Origin: Diplonema japonicum
Taxonomy: Eukaryota > Protista > Euglenozoa: Diplonemea
Assembly: GCA_964019335.1 (NCBI GenBank)
Contig: OZ025649.1
Location: forward strand, 186,001 to 250,000
Direction: 5' to 3'
DNA: 64,000 nucleotides
Shown in pieces: positions 49,854 through 62,200 of the stretch (position 1 is the first letter of the stretch; every line of letters begins with the position of its first letter). The notes below the pieces were generated by a model, which was not told the origin of the DNA, did not search any database, and saw only the letters and a list, made by a program, of their open reading frames with translations. Position numbers and translations under genes: made by a program.

Positions 49854-50270
49854 ATGACGGGTGGCCATGTAAGGGAGAGCGTGTTCCAGACCCCAAGGGG
49901 TGATTTTGTAAAGATGGTCGTGCAGAAAGGGAGTGTGGGGCAGTGGCTCTTGAAGGGCGAACGATGGACTCGCGTGGGGAACGCGGTGAGCTTGACTGTG
50001 AACAACATGAAAGGGACAGGGAACGTGTGCGTGGTGGATCAAGACAAGGTGGGCTGGATCCTTTCAAACAGTGACCTCAAGATGACACTGACGTCTATCC
50101 GAAAAATCGCTGAGGTTGCTGGCATAGTCCATAATATCCCAGATATGAAGGTCCCCCAGTACACAAGCTTCCCTGTTCCCCAAGAGCCTTCTCGCAACTC
50201 TGCCCGCAGACGCGCTTCAACGCAGCCAACATGGCACAACCCACTCGGTCAGCGCCCTCCCCGCCATTAA
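49854..50270 (+). CDS. Hypothetical protein (138 aa)
   Basis: Coding-like GC-rich ORF preceded by a pyrimidine tract and AG; no family recognised. Confidence 0.6.
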   Translation: MTGGHVRESVFQTPRGDFVKMVVQKGSVGQWLLKGERWTRVGNAVSLTVNNMKGTGNVCVVDQDKVGWILSNSDLKMTLTSIRKIAEVAGIVHNIPDMKVPQYTSFPVPQEPSRNSARRRASTQPTWHNPLGQRPPRH

Positions 50271-50648
50271 TAATTTCAGCCAGTATTAGCAGGCCCTTCT
50301 CCGTTCACAGTTTTCTTTCTTATGTTGTTTGTTCCTACCCTTTCTTTTTGTTAAACACAGCAGACTAGATACTCTTTCCAGTCAGGAGTTATTAAAATGC
50401 AGCCCAGCAATACCTATGAGCCGTTCCTCTTGAGGAAAGGACTATGCTGGGTCTGTCAAAGATAAAAGAAAAAAAGAGAAGTAGAAGAGGGGGAAAAAAA
50501 AAGATACCTCCACTAGTTATTCCCTTTTTTGTTTTCCCTTTGTCTTCTTTTCTCATTTCCCTTCCCGTTCTCTTCACGAAGTTTCAGTTTTTTTTAATAA
50601 ACCACCTTTGCAAAAGAGAAATAAATACTTCACAGCAGTGGAACAGCT

Positions 50649-52290
50649 ATGTCCGGTCGGTCTGGAAGATACCCACCGCAGGTGTCAGGTGTGAAGAGCC
50701 CACCCCCTTCCGCGACGTACCCAAAGGGGGTGACACCCACACCTGTAAGATCTAAGCACCCTCCTGGGCCTGGATCGGTTCCAAGTGGGAGGAGAGAAAG
50801 GGATGAGTACGAACGGGAGAGGAGGGACTGGGAGAGGGAGAGGGACAGAGAAAGGGACAGGGACAGGGACAGAGACAGAGACAGGGACAGGGAAAGGGAC
50901 AGGGAGAGGGAAAGGGAACGAGAGAGGGAAAGGGAGAGGGATAGAGACAGGGCTGACAGGGAGAGGGCTGAAAGGGAGAGGAACGAACCCCGAGGCGTCC
51001 CCCGCTACGACCCGTACGACATGGCCCCAGAGGACCGCTTCGGCAACACATGTGGAGTGGCGAAGACCCGCAGCATGTTGGACGGCTTCTTCGGTACCTA
51101 CGATCCTGTTGTGCGCGGCTCGCTGCACATCGAGGGTGTCAACTATGCGAAGTACGAAGCGCAGAAGCACCGCCAGTCCTTCATGGCAGCCTTCCTCGAT
51201 TCACTGAGGGACGACTTGGTATGCTTGTTAACTTCCTTCACCGCACTTTAGATCTCCGAAGTGGGCAACGGTGTCCGCAGGGAGGACATTCTCTTGCAGC
51301 TCTTCCCAGGTGCCATCAAAGCTGTGGTGCTGCACTACGACAGGTACGAAGACGACGAACCGAAGACCAACGACCCGACACTTGTGGACGCCGAGTGGAG
51401 CGTGAAGTGCGACTACGCCATCCGCGCAAAGGACGTGCAGCGGCAGCAGAACATCGGGATGGCGCTCTTCACAGCACTGAACGAAGAGGGTGAGTTCTCG
51501 TGTCATAAGCTGAAGCAGATCTACATGGAGAAGTTCGACAAGGCGGCTGACTCGTCGAGTATTAAAATTGTACGCCCGCCGCCTGCGGAGGGCCAGCCTC
51601 AGCCTGCTCAGGGGTATGTTTAATCTCCTCAATACACACTCACATAGACCGCGTGAAATTGGGCCACCGCAGTCGGACAGGCTTCTGTCGAGCCCGGGGA
51701 GGCAGCAAGCCATGATCGAACCGCCGCCAATGCGTCAACAGCAGCAACAACCTTACCAACCGCAACAACAACAACAACAACAGCAGCAGCAGCAGCAGTA
51801 TCAACAGCACAATTATCAACAACAGCAGCAGCATTATCAACAGCCGCAACAGCAGCAGCAGCAGTTCCAGCAGTACCAGCCTCCTATGTCGACACCTCCA
51901 CAGCAGGAGTTAATGCCGCCACCGCAGAATGTTAGGGATCAGGGGATGCGAGTGAACGGGCAGTTGCACCACTACAAGGTGAGCCCTGCGGCAGAAAGGG
52001 GAACAAGGGATAGTGATGTTTTCTCAGGCACAGGGAGTGCGGGGTACGGTGCGCCACAGCCGCCTGCTGCAGAGTACACTGCTGCCCCCCACACTGCTTC
52101 GCCTATGCCGCCCGCTAACACTGAAGTCCTAGGAGGCAACGATGGGTGGACTGAGTACAACGGCAGGAGAGGCCTTGCTGTCTTCATCCCTGAGGAAGCT
52201 CTTCTCACCACCCCCGGCCGCCGAACATCACGTAGGCGAACCTCCAGTCAGCTCGACCTTACTAAAACACCCCCTTCCCTCCTTGGTTAG
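50649..52290 (+). CDS. Hypothetical protein with RD/RE dipeptide tract, central globular domain and poly-Q region; introns 51219-51251, 51614-51647
   Basis: Two GTATG..TAG introns join ORFs 50649, 51261 and 51568 in frame. Confidence 0.75.
50788..50982 (+). repeat. Coding purine-rich hexamer repeat (AGGGAC/AGGGAG)n encoding Arg-Asp/Arg-Glu
   Basis: Directly visible tandem repeat. Confidence 0.9.
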
Positions 52291-52990
52291 ATGAACCTAT
52301 TCCATTACTTGACTTGTTGTTGTTAATATTGATCCTCCCCACCTTCCCTTTTGTATTAGAGTTTGAACCTTTTTTTCTTTCTTTCTCATTTTTAGAGTGG
52401 TAGCAAAAAGAATCGATTTTGTTTCATTTTTTTTTTTAAACCATTAAAGGACGGGTGCTAGATGAGGTCAGCGAGAATTTTCCCTTTGGTGCTCATATGA
52501 AAAAAAAAAACTGATTTTGGGTGTGTTTTTGGAGGTTAATTTAAAAATCGTTCGAATAAAAAAAAGTTTTTTTTTTCTGATCGCTAGGTATCTAGCGCTT
52601 CGTCCTTTACTGGTTAATGAATATTTTGGTTTTGCATTCTTTTTTTTTTTTTTTTTTTCCCTATTAAGCCTCCTTCGCACGCTCCCCTAAGTGCATAGAT
52701 GACGGAGCAGTATAAAAAAAAAAAAAAATAATAATAATAATAAAGAGAACTTTTTTTTTCCACGCCCCCCTTCCCATCCGCTGTTTCTCTTCTCTCTATG
52801 TGCTTCAATTGCATTGTACATTTTTTCTTTTTTTTTTCCTTTTTTCCTTTTTGTCTTTTTTTACCCGCTCTTTTTTTTTCTAAAGAAAAAAAAAAAAAAA
52901 GAAAAAAAAAGAAAAAAAACAACCACAAAAGGGGGGAGACACATTTTTTTTTTATCCTTTACTAAATAACCTTTTCCACAAAAAAAAAAA

Positions 52991-54606
52991 ATGGTTGGCA
53001 CTACTTGCAAGACCCCTGAAGACTTGGACACCAGGCCGTTCCAGATGGTAAGTACCCCCCTCCTTTATTTTTTTATAACCTACATCAAAAGGTACCCTCG
53101 CGTCACTGCTACGACGATGTGGCAGCAGGCCACGCACTGCAAGAACATCATATTCAGTTGCAGGAATTTATCCCGGTGGACATACAGGTATTTCCTGTTC
53201 TACAAAAAAAAAAAAAAAAAAAAAGGGTAAAGACCGCACAATGTACACGTCAGCAGTTTCCCAGCTTTTCCGCAATTATGCAAAGATGGTGACGAAAAGC
53301 AAACTGATCATCCAGAACGGAACGGTGGTAGTGAGAGGGCATTGCCCGAAGAAGGAAATGATGAGGCGTTTAGGAAAAGCCTGTCAGTCCAAACTGGTGA
53401 GCCTCAGCGAGAGGCACTGCTATGTTTTGATGAACAACAAAAACCTGATGGACTTCACCAAGGAAACCGGCGCCTTTGGAATTTGCAAACCTAAACAGGA
53501 ACTCCTTCTCATTCTGGGCCCCGCTGAAAAACTGAAAATCGCTCTCAAGTACATCGAGGCTCACTACACTACCGACTCCTCAAACGGGGAAACTCAAAGA
53601 AGCGACAGGCGCATCATGAAGATCTCAGTCCTCGCCAGACAGTACCTTCTTGACAACAGGCAACATTTAGTCGAAAAGGGGCATATTTGGGTGGACCGTG
53701 CCTCGGAGGTGGATGGGATGCAGGATTTACACATTGTCGGGTATCCCAAAGACTTTGACTTCGACAGAACTGAGAAGGCGATCCGCGACGCGGAGTTTGA
53801 GTATTTAGAAACCAATCATGGAGGTGCTCAGAAGCTTCCGTCTGGCGTGGTTCTTTTGGGTGACAAGGTTCAGATCAAAAAACACAGGGACAGCTCTAAA
53901 CTGTTGATCGCTGAAGCGGCGGAGGATGATGAGGAACCGGATCAAATCCAGGAACAGCCAGGTCCTTCGGTCAAAACCGGGTCGACGGTGGACTTTCCGT
54001 ACCTCACAAACCCCTTGAAATACTCTACTACTGTGTTCGGGAAGACGCGTGGTGATCCAAATAATATTTGGGCCTCAACCCCACTTGATGTGTCCAGCGC
54101 TGTGTCGAATTCGAGTACAATGTTTGCTTATCACAGTTCCGCTTCCTCATCGGGCATGCCGGAGCAGGACACAGAACTGCCGCTTGAAATGTCGGCTCCG
54201 TGGATGAACGATGACGAGTTCACAACCCCGGCACCGAACCCTCCCCCCAGCACACCGACCAGGTTGCTGCATCAATTGTCGGCAGCCACAGTTCCCCTAT
54301 CCCCTAATGAGCGTGCGCTGCTGCAGGATATTTGCCAGGCTGCTGGTATTATCAATAAATCGGGGCGTGCGCATGTCAACATGATCAAGGTGTTGGTGCA
54401 TTATTCTTCGCCGCGTCCTAGTCCCTTGAGGGGTAACCATACTTTCCTTTTGCATCCAAATCAGCCCTTTTCCGTTCACAAGGAGGAAATTTGCGGGAAA
54501 TTGGGTGTGAACCTCCACGACCATGCGTTTGAGCACTACGACAAAGATTTCGGGGTGCATGTTAAAGCGTCAGACGACCACCGCTTACAGTCATTCAGTC
54601 GGTATT

Positions 54607-54653
<47 letters not shown>

Positions 54654-54693
54654 TCACAGGATACAAATGAAACAAATAAGCTATAAACCCTAG
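52991..54693 (+). CDS. Hypothetical protein with KH-like N-terminal region and C-terminal beta-grasp-like domain; introns 53048-53091, 53188-53225, 54602-54659
   Basis: Introns restore MVGTT...FQM|VPSRH...VDIQ|GKDRTMYTS...FSR|IQMKQISYKP*. Domain calls are weak resemblances only. Confidence 0.65.
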
Positions 54694-55288
54694 AAGATGT
54701 AGACAGGCATCATCGCGAGGATCTTCTTTTCTTTTCTTTTTTTTAAAAGGGGGAAGAAGAGAAACAAACAAAAAAAAAAACAAAAAAACCACAATGGCAT
54801 AGTGAAACAGGGCTGCATATGTATGTTCCTGTTTTGTATTTTGCATGAGGAAAAAAAAAAAGAAAGAAAGAAAGAGGATTTTGGAGGGAAGAAAGAAAGA
54901 AGAGGGCCGGGGGGAAAAGTTAAAAAATAATAATCGCAAAAAGAAAAAAAAAGAAGAAGAAAAAAAAAAACTTCTTTCTTTCTTCCCTTTCCTTTTTATT
55001 TCATTTTTCTGACGAATTTTTTTCTTTCTTTCTTTCTTTTGTAGGAAAGGCTCTCAATGCTTTTGTTCCCTACATTTTTTAACGCGTGGGAAAAAGGGAG
55101 GGGGGAAATGAGAAGAAAAAAAAACTGGAAAAAAACCTTAAATTGGGGCTTCAAAAAAAAAGTTTTTGGTTTAGTTACTGTGACTCACTAAGCACATCAC
55201 CGTAGCGAACATTCAAAAAAAAAGGGGGGGATATTTAAATTACTCAGCAAACGCGCTCTTTTTTTTCTCTTTTATTACTAAGCTTTGA

Positions 55289-55319
<31 letters not shown>

Positions 55320-55890
55320 TCACACACAACTCTTTTATTTCGTTCCTCTTGGTTTCTTGAAGTTTAACAAAGAAGCAGAGAGATCAGAAATGACAAAAAA
55401 AAAAAAAAAGAAAAGAAAGAAAGAAAGAATAGAAAGAAACAGAAACTCTCTTGCAGGTAGCCGTCAAACGAGACAGAAATCAGAAAAAAAAAAAAAAGAA
55501 AAGAAAAAAAGACGAGAAGAAGAAGAAGAAAAAGAATAAAAAAGAAAAATGCAAGGGGCCTTACGGACTCACGAAAAAAAAAAAAAAAAAAAAAAGAAGA
55601 GAAAAGAAAAAAAAAATCATGTCGAATCAAAAGAGAGAAGAAAGAAGAAGAAAAAAAGGGTGGTAGTGACAACATAACTTCTCTTGGTGCCCTCCCCCCC
55701 TCTCTTTGCTTAGCTTTTTTTTTTGTCCTCCCACCCTCTGCGAATTATTTCCCTTTTTAGATTTGGAGGGGTTTTTTCTTTCTTTTTGCAAAGGTAGAAA
55801 TTTTCTGAGCCAGTCACTCCTGGGAAGCAAATCAGGAGGGGTACCTTTACAGGTGGGTCTCCCAAAGTGGAAAAAGAGAGGCTGAAAAAA

Positions 55891-55961
55891 TGCGTAAACC
55901 GGGAATCGAACCCGGGCCGACTCCGTGGCAGGGAGCCATTCTACCACTAGACCATTTACGC
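55891..55961 (-). tRNA. tRNA-Gly(GCC)
   Basis: Reverse complement GCGTAAATGGTCTAGTGGTAGAATGGCTCCCT-GCC-ACGGAGTCGGCCCGGGTTCGATTCCCGGTTTACGCA followed by a T6 terminator. Confidence 0.97.
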
Positions 55962-56932
55962 CTACAATTTTCGTTGGCGTGCGTTTTTACTATTTGGTAT
56001 TACGTGGTGCAATTATTTAGTCGTTTCAGGAACAAAAAGAAGTAAAGTTGTTGCCCCCCACCCCTTTTTTAAGGACACACTGAGTTCGGGTTTTATCGCT
56101 TCTGTATGGTAAGAAAAAAGATAGACGAAAGAGTACTAAAGAGCACACATACCTGCGAAGTTTCTTTTTTTTAAAAAAGGGAATTGAAAAAATAAGAAAC
56201 AGACAAAGGTGTGGTGTTAACCTCTGCTTCGTTTTTATCTTTTTCACAATGAAAGCGCCCCCCCCCCCCCCCCCCTCCTCCTCCTCCTTTGTTCAAGAAG
56301 GAAAAAGAGGGTTGCAAGGTTCTTAGCATCGCATTTCTTTTTATTTCATATTTTTCGTCCTGCTCCCCCCCCCCCCCCCCCCCCCTCTTTCCTTTTTCTT
56401 TCGGCTTCGCTTCACCTATCCCGCACTGTGCAAAGAAAAAAAAAGACCAAACCAGGAATATCCCCTCCCCTGTCTCATATGGAAGGGGTTTTTTCTCTTT
56501 CTAATAGCTTATTCCAGGAAAAATATAGGGGGGAAAAAAGGAGGGTCTATATTAATGAACAGCCCCCGCATTCCCCCAACCTTCTCTTCTTCTGAGTTCG
56601 AGCTATTTCATTTTTCATTTCTTTACTTTTTATTTTAGCTTTTAGTTCCCCAAAATTCCACCACTCTTTCTTTTTTATCGCATGTGTAGGACGGGGGGGG
56701 GGAGTTATGTTATTGTTGCATTGCCCTTTTTCTCTTCTTTTTCTTCTTTTCTTCTTCTTCTTCTTCTTCTTCTTCTCCCCCCCCCCCCCCCCACCCCTTT
56801 TTCTTATTCGTTTCTCCTGCCTTATTTTTTCTATACAATTCCTCCCTTCGCTTCTCACGGAAAAAAAAAGAGGGAAAAAAAAAACATTGCAGGAAGAAAA
56901 AAAAAAAATACACGCAAAAACAACAACAAAAA

Positions 56933-57607
56933 ATGGATGAACAGAATAAAAAGAGGGTGGCCAACGACGTGAAAGCAGGGTTAATAGGGGCCGTCATTGG
57001 AATGGGGATCGTGGGTGGTGTGAAACTGGTGTCTTCGCTATTCGCGGAAGAACCGCAGCGAGCGCACGACGTGCAAGAAGAGGCAAGGCTCTCCGTGGGA
57101 GAAGACGAGGTAAAAATCCGAGTGTTGCCACGCATGCGGGTGACGGTGTATGGGCTGAACAAGAGACTTCTTGTGGAGAGCAATGATAACGGGTTGCTGA
57201 CAATCAGGAAGCACAGCATCGATAAAATCCGGTTCTGGTCTGTAAACTCTCGCAACGAGGATGTGAGCCTGTTCGTTCAGAAGCGGACCGGTGAGTGGGT
57301 CACCATCAGCAAGATACCTCAAGGCACCCTCCCCAACACGAGTACCCCATGCAGGGTCCCTTTCGCTATTTTCGCTGACAGATTTGTAGAGGTTCATTCC
57401 TTCCCCCCAGAGACCTACGTCCCAAGTGCCGCACATTCACAGGATCCTAACGCTTGTTCGGTTTGCTGGGCAAATACTGCAGACACTCAATTTCTGCCGT
57501 GTGCCCATCTTTCCGTGTGCTGGACGTGCACAAAAACTTTACAGGTCCCCGTATGTATCATATGCCGCAAGGAGGTGACTGCTATTTCGTACAATTTCAA
57601 ATCGTGA
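56933..57607 (+). CDS. Membrane-anchored C3HC4 RING E3 ubiquitin ligase, tandem copy 1
   Basis: N-terminal Gly-rich hydrophobic helix; C-terminal CSVC...FLPCAHLSVCWTC...CIICR. Confidence 0.85.
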   Translation: MDEQNKKRVANDVKAGLIGAVIGMGIVGGVKLVSSLFAEEPQRAHDVQEEARLSVGEDEVKIRVLPRMRVTVYGLNKRLLVESNDNGLLTIRKHSIDKIRFWSVNSRNEDVSLFVQKRTGEWVTISKIPQGTLPNTSTPCRVPFAIFADRFVEVHSFPPETYVPSAAHSQDPNACSVCWANTADTQFLPCAHLSVCWTCTKTLQVPVCIICRKEVTAISYNFKS

Positions 57608-57835
57608 ACGAGAAGAAAGAGAAGGGATACGAAAAAAATTTAAAAAAAAAAAAAAAGGAAAGAAGAAGAAAAAAAGAGAAAAAAAAAAAAAAGAATGATG
57701 AGAAAAATAAAATAAACGGTTTCTTGCCCCCCCCCCTTTTCACATTTCTTTCTGGTGGGTTTTCTTTTTTTTTTTTCTTCCATTTTGACTAGCATTCAAC
57801 GGTTACAAATACAAACAGGTAGAGGGTGAGGAAAC

Positions 57836-58516
57836 ATGAGTGACGAGTCTGATGAAGAAGATAAAGAGACTAAAAACGACAACAGCATATATGCAGGCAT
57901 CATCGGGGGCATCATTGGGATGGCTATCCTAGGTGGTGTGCAGCTAATATCCGGATTTTTCGCGAAGAAATCTAAAACACTCGATGAAGAGAAAGTCAGG
58001 CACTCTGTAGGAGATAACAATGTAATAATCCGAGTGTTGCCACGCATGCCCCTGAAGGTATACCGACTGAACAAGGAACTTCTTCTAGAAAGCAACAACG
58101 ATGGGCTATTGACCATCAACAAGGAAAACATCGATAAAATCCGGTTCTGGTCTGTAAACTCTCTCAACGATGTGAGCCTGTTCGTTCAGAAGCGGACCGG
58201 CGAGTGGGTCACCATCAGCAAGATACTTCAAGGCGCCCTCCCCAACACGAGTACCCCATGCAGGGTCCCTTTCGCTATTTTCGCTGACAGATTTGTAGAG
58301 GTTCATTCCTTCCCCCCAGAGGCCTACGTCCCAAGTGCCGCACATTCACAGGATCCTAACGCTTGTTCGGTTTGCTGGGCAAATACTGCAGACACTCAAT
58401 TTCTGCCGTGTGCCCATCTTTCCGTGTGCTGGACGTGCACAAAAACTTTACAGGTCCCCGTATGTATCATATGCCGCAAGGAGGTGACTGCTATTTCGTA
58501 CAATTTCAAATCGTGA
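57836..58516 (+). CDS. Membrane-anchored C3HC4 RING E3 ubiquitin ligase, tandem copy 2
   Basis: Same architecture as copy 1; 3' part nearly identical at DNA level. Confidence 0.85.
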   Translation: MSDESDEEDKETKNDNSIYAGIIGGIIGMAILGGVQLISGFFAKKSKTLDEEKVRHSVGDNNVIIRVLPRMPLKVYRLNKELLLESNNDGLLTINKENIDKIRFWSVNSLNDVSLFVQKRTGEWVTISKILQGALPNTSTPCRVPFAIFADRFVEVHSFPPEAYVPSAAHSQDPNACSVCWANTADTQFLPCAHLSVCWTCTKTLQVPVCIICRKEVTAISYNFKS

Positions 58517-59221
58517 ACGAGAAACCAAAAAAAAAAAAGGAAAGAAGAAAAGGAAAAAAAATACTGTAAAAGGAAAAAATCACTTCCTTTTATATGGGGC
58601 TACCGGGCAGATTGCAACCTTATTTGGTGACTTCCCCCCCCCGAGAGAAACCGAAACGATTTGTATTATTTTTTTTTTTTTTTTATTATTACACACGTAT
58701 TATTTTAGAGGCGTCCTGCCACATACCACAGGTACCCTTAAATGTCTCTTTTTTTTTTTTCTTTCTTTTTTTTTTTTTAAATTGGCTCTCTGGTTCTCGG
58801 TTCAACAATTGCAACGCAACACAAACAGGTGCAGGGCGAGTAGGGCGGGGAGGGGAGAGGGAACACGAACACCCCCTTTTCTTTTTTCTTGAGCAGCACC
58901 TCCATTTTTCTTTTCTTTTACCCTTTTTTTTTTATCCTATCGAATTTGAAAAAGAAAGAAAAGGACGTCTCAACGAGAAAGGTAAGCTGGGGAAAAAAAA
59001 AATTAAAAATAAAATAAAATAACGACAACCCTTTTTAAAAAAAAAAAAAAGAAGAAAACCAACGTTACAATAAAAAAAAAACACCCCCCCCCTTTTTTTT
59101 GTTCTACACATTTCTTCCCCAACTTTTTTTCCCTTGCATAATTCACTCTTTTCCCCCCTTTTTCATCCCTTGAAACTCGTTTTCCTCCACCCCCTGTGTT
59201 CGGGTTGCAAGTGAGAGAAGC

Positions 59222-62200
59222 ATGGATGATATGTACAAAATCGAAGAGAGCGAACGGAAGGGGTACCCATTCAATTTGTACCAGGATGAGTCCGAAGAGA
59301 GTGGATCTGAGTACGGCGGTGAAATACAAGAAATCCTGGAAGAGGTGATGGACAACGTGCGGTACCAGCTCCCGGCAGAGCTGCGAACAAGGATTGAGAA
59401 GATCGTACCGACTGAGGAAGACTGCGACGATGAGGAAGAAAGCAGGAAGCGATGGACCATGGTGGACCTCCCCCTCGGCTTCCACAGCTACTGCAGCATC
59501 TATGACAAGGACGACATGGAAACTTACGGAAACGGCCGGATGTGCTCGGCAGAGGGATGGATCTGCAGCCCAGACACAGAGGAAGAAGAAATATGGTACC
59601 AACTCGATGCAGGTTCAATTCGCACCATCGGAGGTATTTCTGTCAAATCCCACGGTTCTTGGTATGACTGGATCACCAACTATACCTGCCTCGTTTCCGA
59701 TGACGGTGAACATTGGGACCCAGTCGATGACGGGGAAGAGTTCGACGGCCCTGACGACCAAGAAGAGGTGGAAAAAACCTATTTCACGACACCCGCTATC
59801 GGCAGGTTCCTGCGTATCAAGCCCACCTGTGCATATGACGAGAACTACGCTGGGCGGTTCGGTCTCCTCATCGAGATCAACGACGAATCTATCATCAACG
59901 GCCTGCTCGTGTGGCTCGAGTCCAATGCGCAATGGGCCAGTGATCGCCTCCGCAACTTCCTCGACAAAAACTGTGAAAAGCTCACCAACGGTACCAACAC
60001 AGCCCTGTCCTACTACTTCAGAAACTACAAACGTATTGTAGAGTCTATATTGGAGGACATCACCGAGTCACAGGGTGCCGGCATGTCCAGGGTGCTTCAG
60101 CTCATTAACCTTGACATGAAGTACGACCGAAAGCTTCCCCCCAATAACATCTGGCATCTGCTGATGTCAGCACGTGAGGTGGATCTGTTCGAAAAGACTC
60201 TGTACGCACACAAAGACGACATGAAAATCCGCCAGAAGGCTGCCATGAACGCAACGGGGAAGCTCCTACCCCTCGACGCCTCTGTGCCCGACCTCACCGA
60301 CATGGAAGGTGTCGTCGATTCCCCCATCACTGTGTACGAGCAGTGGGAGAGGAAAGCTCTCGCTAACAAGATGTCGGGGACCTCTCTTCCTACAAAGCTC
60401 GCAGCCCTAAAAGCTTCTTTTGAAGCTGGTGCTTTGAGCGAAAAGGAGCACCAGATATTGGTCACCCGTAACGAGAGGCAAGAGCTGTCGCTGGGCTGGA
60501 TGATGAACGAAGATACAATCCCTGTCTGGAACCACCCCGTCTACACGTCCGAGTTCCTCAGCTCGCACTTCCTGGAGGACGTTCCTTGCTACCCCGGTGC
60601 ACAAGCCTTCACTAGGTTGTTGCGCGATGTCATCCTGGAGCAGCAGCAGTGGTTGGGGGTGAACAACAGCGAGTTCGCTGCTCTACAATACTCGCTAAAG
60701 GCCTTTGCTGCAGCAATCCCATTGTTCCAGAGGTTCTTTAAATATCAAAAGTGGCAGTTCCACACCCACATGGAACTCTTGGTGCACGACATCGGCGAGC
60801 AGCTCGACAACTTGTTGCCAGGTCAGACAGGGATATTCCCAGTGACCCAGCAGCCCATGCTTCTCATTGTAGAGGTGAAGACCCCTAAGCTGTGCAGAGT
60901 TACCATTGTGAACACCAACCCGCACACGGATTTCCATCCCAAGATGGCTGACGTCCCCGCCAGAATCCGGCAGCACACATGCATATCCTTGGAAGACGTG
61001 CAGTTCGACCTCATCAAGGACAAGGCCTGGTGGTTATTCGCTATCCCCTTCCAGACTTTCGAGAAAGAGGAACTCTTCTACACGCATTACCTGAATTGGC
61101 TGCACCCTGGCAAGACGTACGAATCCATGATTGCGGAGACCTACGACGAGCAGGCTGTTCGAACACCCTGCTCTGGCGGTGGCCAGCTGTGGAAGGCCTA
61201 TCACCATGGTCTGTCCTACATTCTCGGAAGGCAGGGTGTCCGTCAGCCTGCAAGAAAATCGCTGAAGTTCAACATGCGACACCAAATGCTGCAGTGGGTG
61301 GTCAACGACATGAACGTAGTGGAAAAGATCCCCACAGCTCACAGGAGGCTCATCAGACTCGGATGTGAACAAGTTGCGGCCTCTGCAACGAAGGCTCCTG
61401 GCATTAGGAAGAGCAAGGCATACCTCAGTTCCGTCTTGACGTGTATTAAGAGGATCGAGGAAGTTTTAAAAGAGAGGTCACCTGATGTTCTAGGTGAAGC
61501 ACCCCCCGAGCTCAACCTTGAGGAAGGCAATGAGCTGCACGTTCAAAACGATCTTTTCCCTGCCATGGAGTACCTGCGCAGACTGGATGACGTGGAGCAC
61601 CTCATCGGCGACAGGGTCCCAGAGAACAACTTTTTGCCTGCGAACTTCCTGCACGTCCCTGATGCAGTCTTTAACTTCACCGATGCCCTTTCTGCCCTTC
61701 GAAACGCTGACGTCCTGTGCACGCGTGTGATGGTTCAACGTGAGATGATCAGGAATCACGTTTTCCTGACTTCGTCCCTTCTCCAGCACCTGTTTGTTTG
61801 GGTACTTCCCATGCCTCGGTTTGCTCACAGCAACTGCATATGGCAGCAGAAGATCACGTACAGCCAGCAGCTTGATATCATGGTGCTACTCGGTCGTCTC
61901 ATGGAACACTGGGCAGCAACGTGCTTCTCACTCAAGGCAACGCCCGAATTTGATGCGGTGCGCATCACCGTGGCAGGTGCAATGGCCTCTATTGCCGACT
62001 GTGTACTAAGGCAGCGGGCGACAGATGAGCCTTCGAGACTGTGCGAGCACATTGCTGGGTTCCGAGATGAGGCACCCTTCGGTTTCAGCACTGGCCACTT
62101 TGCTAAGCAGAGCGAAACAATTAAGGTTACATGCCCTGAAATCCTCGTTTGCAGGACTGCTGTTCTCGACTACTTTGAAGCCCTGCACGAAACCATCCCT

